64,000 bases of DNA, taken from positions 1,240,001-1,304,000 of the forward strand of contig LSRY02000007.1 in the NCBI GenBank assembly GCA_001643675.2. Direction: 5' to 3'. The stretch is from Monocercomonoides exilis PA203. Lineage: Eukaryota; Protista; Preaxostyla. Positions 62,358 to 64,000 of the stretch are shown here, piece after piece. The notes below the pieces were generated by a model. The model did no database searches, had not been told where the DNA came from, and saw only the letters and a program-made list of their open reading frames with translations. How positions within the stretch are numbered: the stretch's first letter is position 1; the number at the start of each line of letters is the position of its first letter. The position numbers and the translations under genes were made by a program.

Positions 62358-64000
62358 ATGGATAGTTTTGTGCGCAAAATTATCAACTATGTTTATTTTA
62401 ATGGATATTGGGTAAGCAACAAAGAAAAAATCAAAAGAATAAGAGATTTTTTAAATGCAAACTATCCTTCTGTTTTCATACCATTTTTGAAGCAGTCCCG
62501 TTCGCTTCCATCATCAAGCACAAAACCTTATAATAATCAAGTTGTTAATCAACTTGTTATTTTGAATAGGCATTTCCCAGCGAAACCTACAGTTCGTTCA
62601 TCTATTATTTTAATGTTTTTCCCGACAAAAGCACGGCAACTTTTCAACGTCATTTCTGCAACTCTTCAAGAATACATATTTCGTCTCGACTTTCCATCAA
62701 GCGAATTGTTTTTTAAAAAGCAAGCAAGAATTGAGTTTTCAAAATTTTCCTTTTTTTTGAATGTATGCCTAATAAACAATCAATTATTTCATCATTTCCA
62801 CTCAAAACGACTATCAGAGGTGCTTTTAATGTACTATCACAGCAAAAAACCTCAGCAACAAGGATGCTCAATAATATCATCGACAAAACAAATAAATGAT
62901 TGGAATAAAGAATTGGATGATATTTCTTCAATAACAACATTTTTCACTCAAAAATTAGTGCGACCACTTTCTCCATTTATATCATTTTTCAGATGCAATC
63001 CAAATGTTTTGTTTGGCCAAGAATTGTATTTTAAAATTGGACCAGCATTACATATGTTTCTCTTGAGCGTTGACGATGGCCAAGGGATTGGCATCAATAA
63101 CTCAATAGGATGGTGGGTTGTTCGACTTTATTTGCTACGTCAACTTCTCGAAGAAGAAAAAACAATGAAACTCGAAAACGTTCACTCCAATGATCAACCG
63201 ACTCCAATAAGTTTTCAAAAATCCACCAAGCCTCAGTTATTTGTATCTTCTTTATCAACATACTCATCTTTGCCCGTTCTTCCTCGCTTGAATTCTGGCT
63301 ATGATGCATCGTCATCTTCTGCTTCTGAGACTTTGCATCATCAGAAAGCAGTATCAAAGTTCGAAGAGGCCAAAGAAATGATGCAATTCTATGAAGCACT
63401 TACGTCAACACAACTGTTTGATATCAGAACACTTTTGCTTGACAAAGAGCGATTAGAACAATTCATGCTCCGATTTATCGAAAAGGGGTTTTCCTCTTTT
63501 CACCTCACCAGAGCGCTTGCAGAATTTGTGATCTTTTCGTGTGGCTACGTATTGACCTTCAGGCACAATGTAGACATTGGGAAAAGAGACACGAATTTCA
63601 ACGGAACGGTCTCTGAGCGCCGTTTCAGCCACTTCCGCAATCCGAGCCAGGGCGAAGGCGAAGGCGCGGGCAGTGTGTTCTGCAACGACCGGTACAGCCA
63701 GCCGTCTCAGCGGGCGCGGCTGATGCTGCAGATCAACCAGCCGTTCCCCGACATCACAGCAGCCGATGCTGAAAACATGCGCAAAGAGGCGTTTCGGAGG
63801 CTGTCCTCCAGCAGCTCGTACCGGTCGCTTCTCTTTGAGCAGTACAGGCAGAAGGAGAGCGAATACATCTGCGCAGGCGATCTGATGTCTGTCTCGCCCC
63901 TCGATGCAATCCTCGAAATAGACAGCGCCCTGTCATTTTTGGACGGTGTTATGGATTTCCTGAAGGAGAACAGCAGGAAAGAGGAGTTTTCTGCGTTCTA
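62358..64000 (+). CDS. Hypothetical protein, 3'-partial (>540 aa)
   Basis: My translation from ATG 62358 (MDSFVRKIINYVYFNGYW...) is open to the window end. It is absent from the ORF track, probably because there is no stop in the window. No domain recognised. Confidence 0.75.
   Translation, partial: MDSFVRKIINYVYFNGYWVSNKEKIKRIRDFLNANYPSVFIPFLKQSRSLPSSSTKPYNNQVVNQLVILNRHFPAKPTVRSSIILMFFPTKARQLFNVISATLQEYIFRLDFPSSELFFKKQARIEFSKFSFFLNVCLINNQLFHHFHSKRLSEVLLMYYHSKKPQQQGCSIISSTKQINDWNKELDDISSITTFFTQKLVRPLSPFISFFRCNPNVLFGQELYFKIGPALHMFLLSVDDGQGIGINNSIGWWVVRLYLLRQLLEEEKTMKLENVHSNDQPTPISFQKSTKPQLFVSSLSTYSSLPVLPRLNSGYDASSSSASETLHHQKAVSKFEEAKEMMQFYEALTSTQLFDIRTLLLDKERLEQFMLRFIEKGFSSFHLTRALAEFVIFSCGYVLTFRHNVDIGKRDTNFNGTVSERRFSHFRNPSQGEGEGAGSVFCNDRYSQPSQRARLMLQINQPFPDITAADAENMRKEAFRRLSSSSSYRSLLFEQYRQKESEYICAGDLMSVSPLDAILEIDSALSFLDGVMDFLKENSRKEEFSAF

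Overview
This is AT-rich, intron-containing eukaryotic DNA. Its gene style (short GT-AG introns, enormous TCT/GAA-driven poly-Ser and poly-Glu expansions, standard genetic code) suggests an oxymonad-like protist such as Monocercomonoides; that is an inference, not a database match. I support 12 protein-coding genes. (1) A >5,100-aa low-complexity protein on the minus strand that runs off the left edge and is mostly missed by the ORF track. (2) Pcf11-like CID protein. (3) Glucose-6-phosphate isomerase. (4) A ~4,000-aa PP4R3/SMEK. (5) A PHO80/Pcl-type cyclin. (6) A VARP-like VPS9 GEF. (7) An orphan Ser/His/RE-rich protein. (8) A Rab2-like GTPase. (9) An LRMDA-like LRR protein. (10) An expanded Nup155/Nup170. 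(11) A GH47 alpha-1,2-mannosidase. (12) An orphan ORF running off the right edge. Non-coding highlights are a TA-flanked Tc1/mariner-type MITE that is one long hairpin, two further tandem foldbacks beside it, and a possible decayed tyrosine-recombinase retroelement relic. The most notable signals are a Rab with natural Q61L-like and G12V-like substitutions, divergent ATGs only 37 nt apart, a micro-exon-encoded DPQGISW motif, a repeated 5'-to-3' GC rise within genes, and conserved proteins inflated 2-5 fold by one GAA/TTC microsatellite used in both orientations. I found no rRNA, tRNA or CRISPR array. All exon models and family calls were made by eye, without searches.
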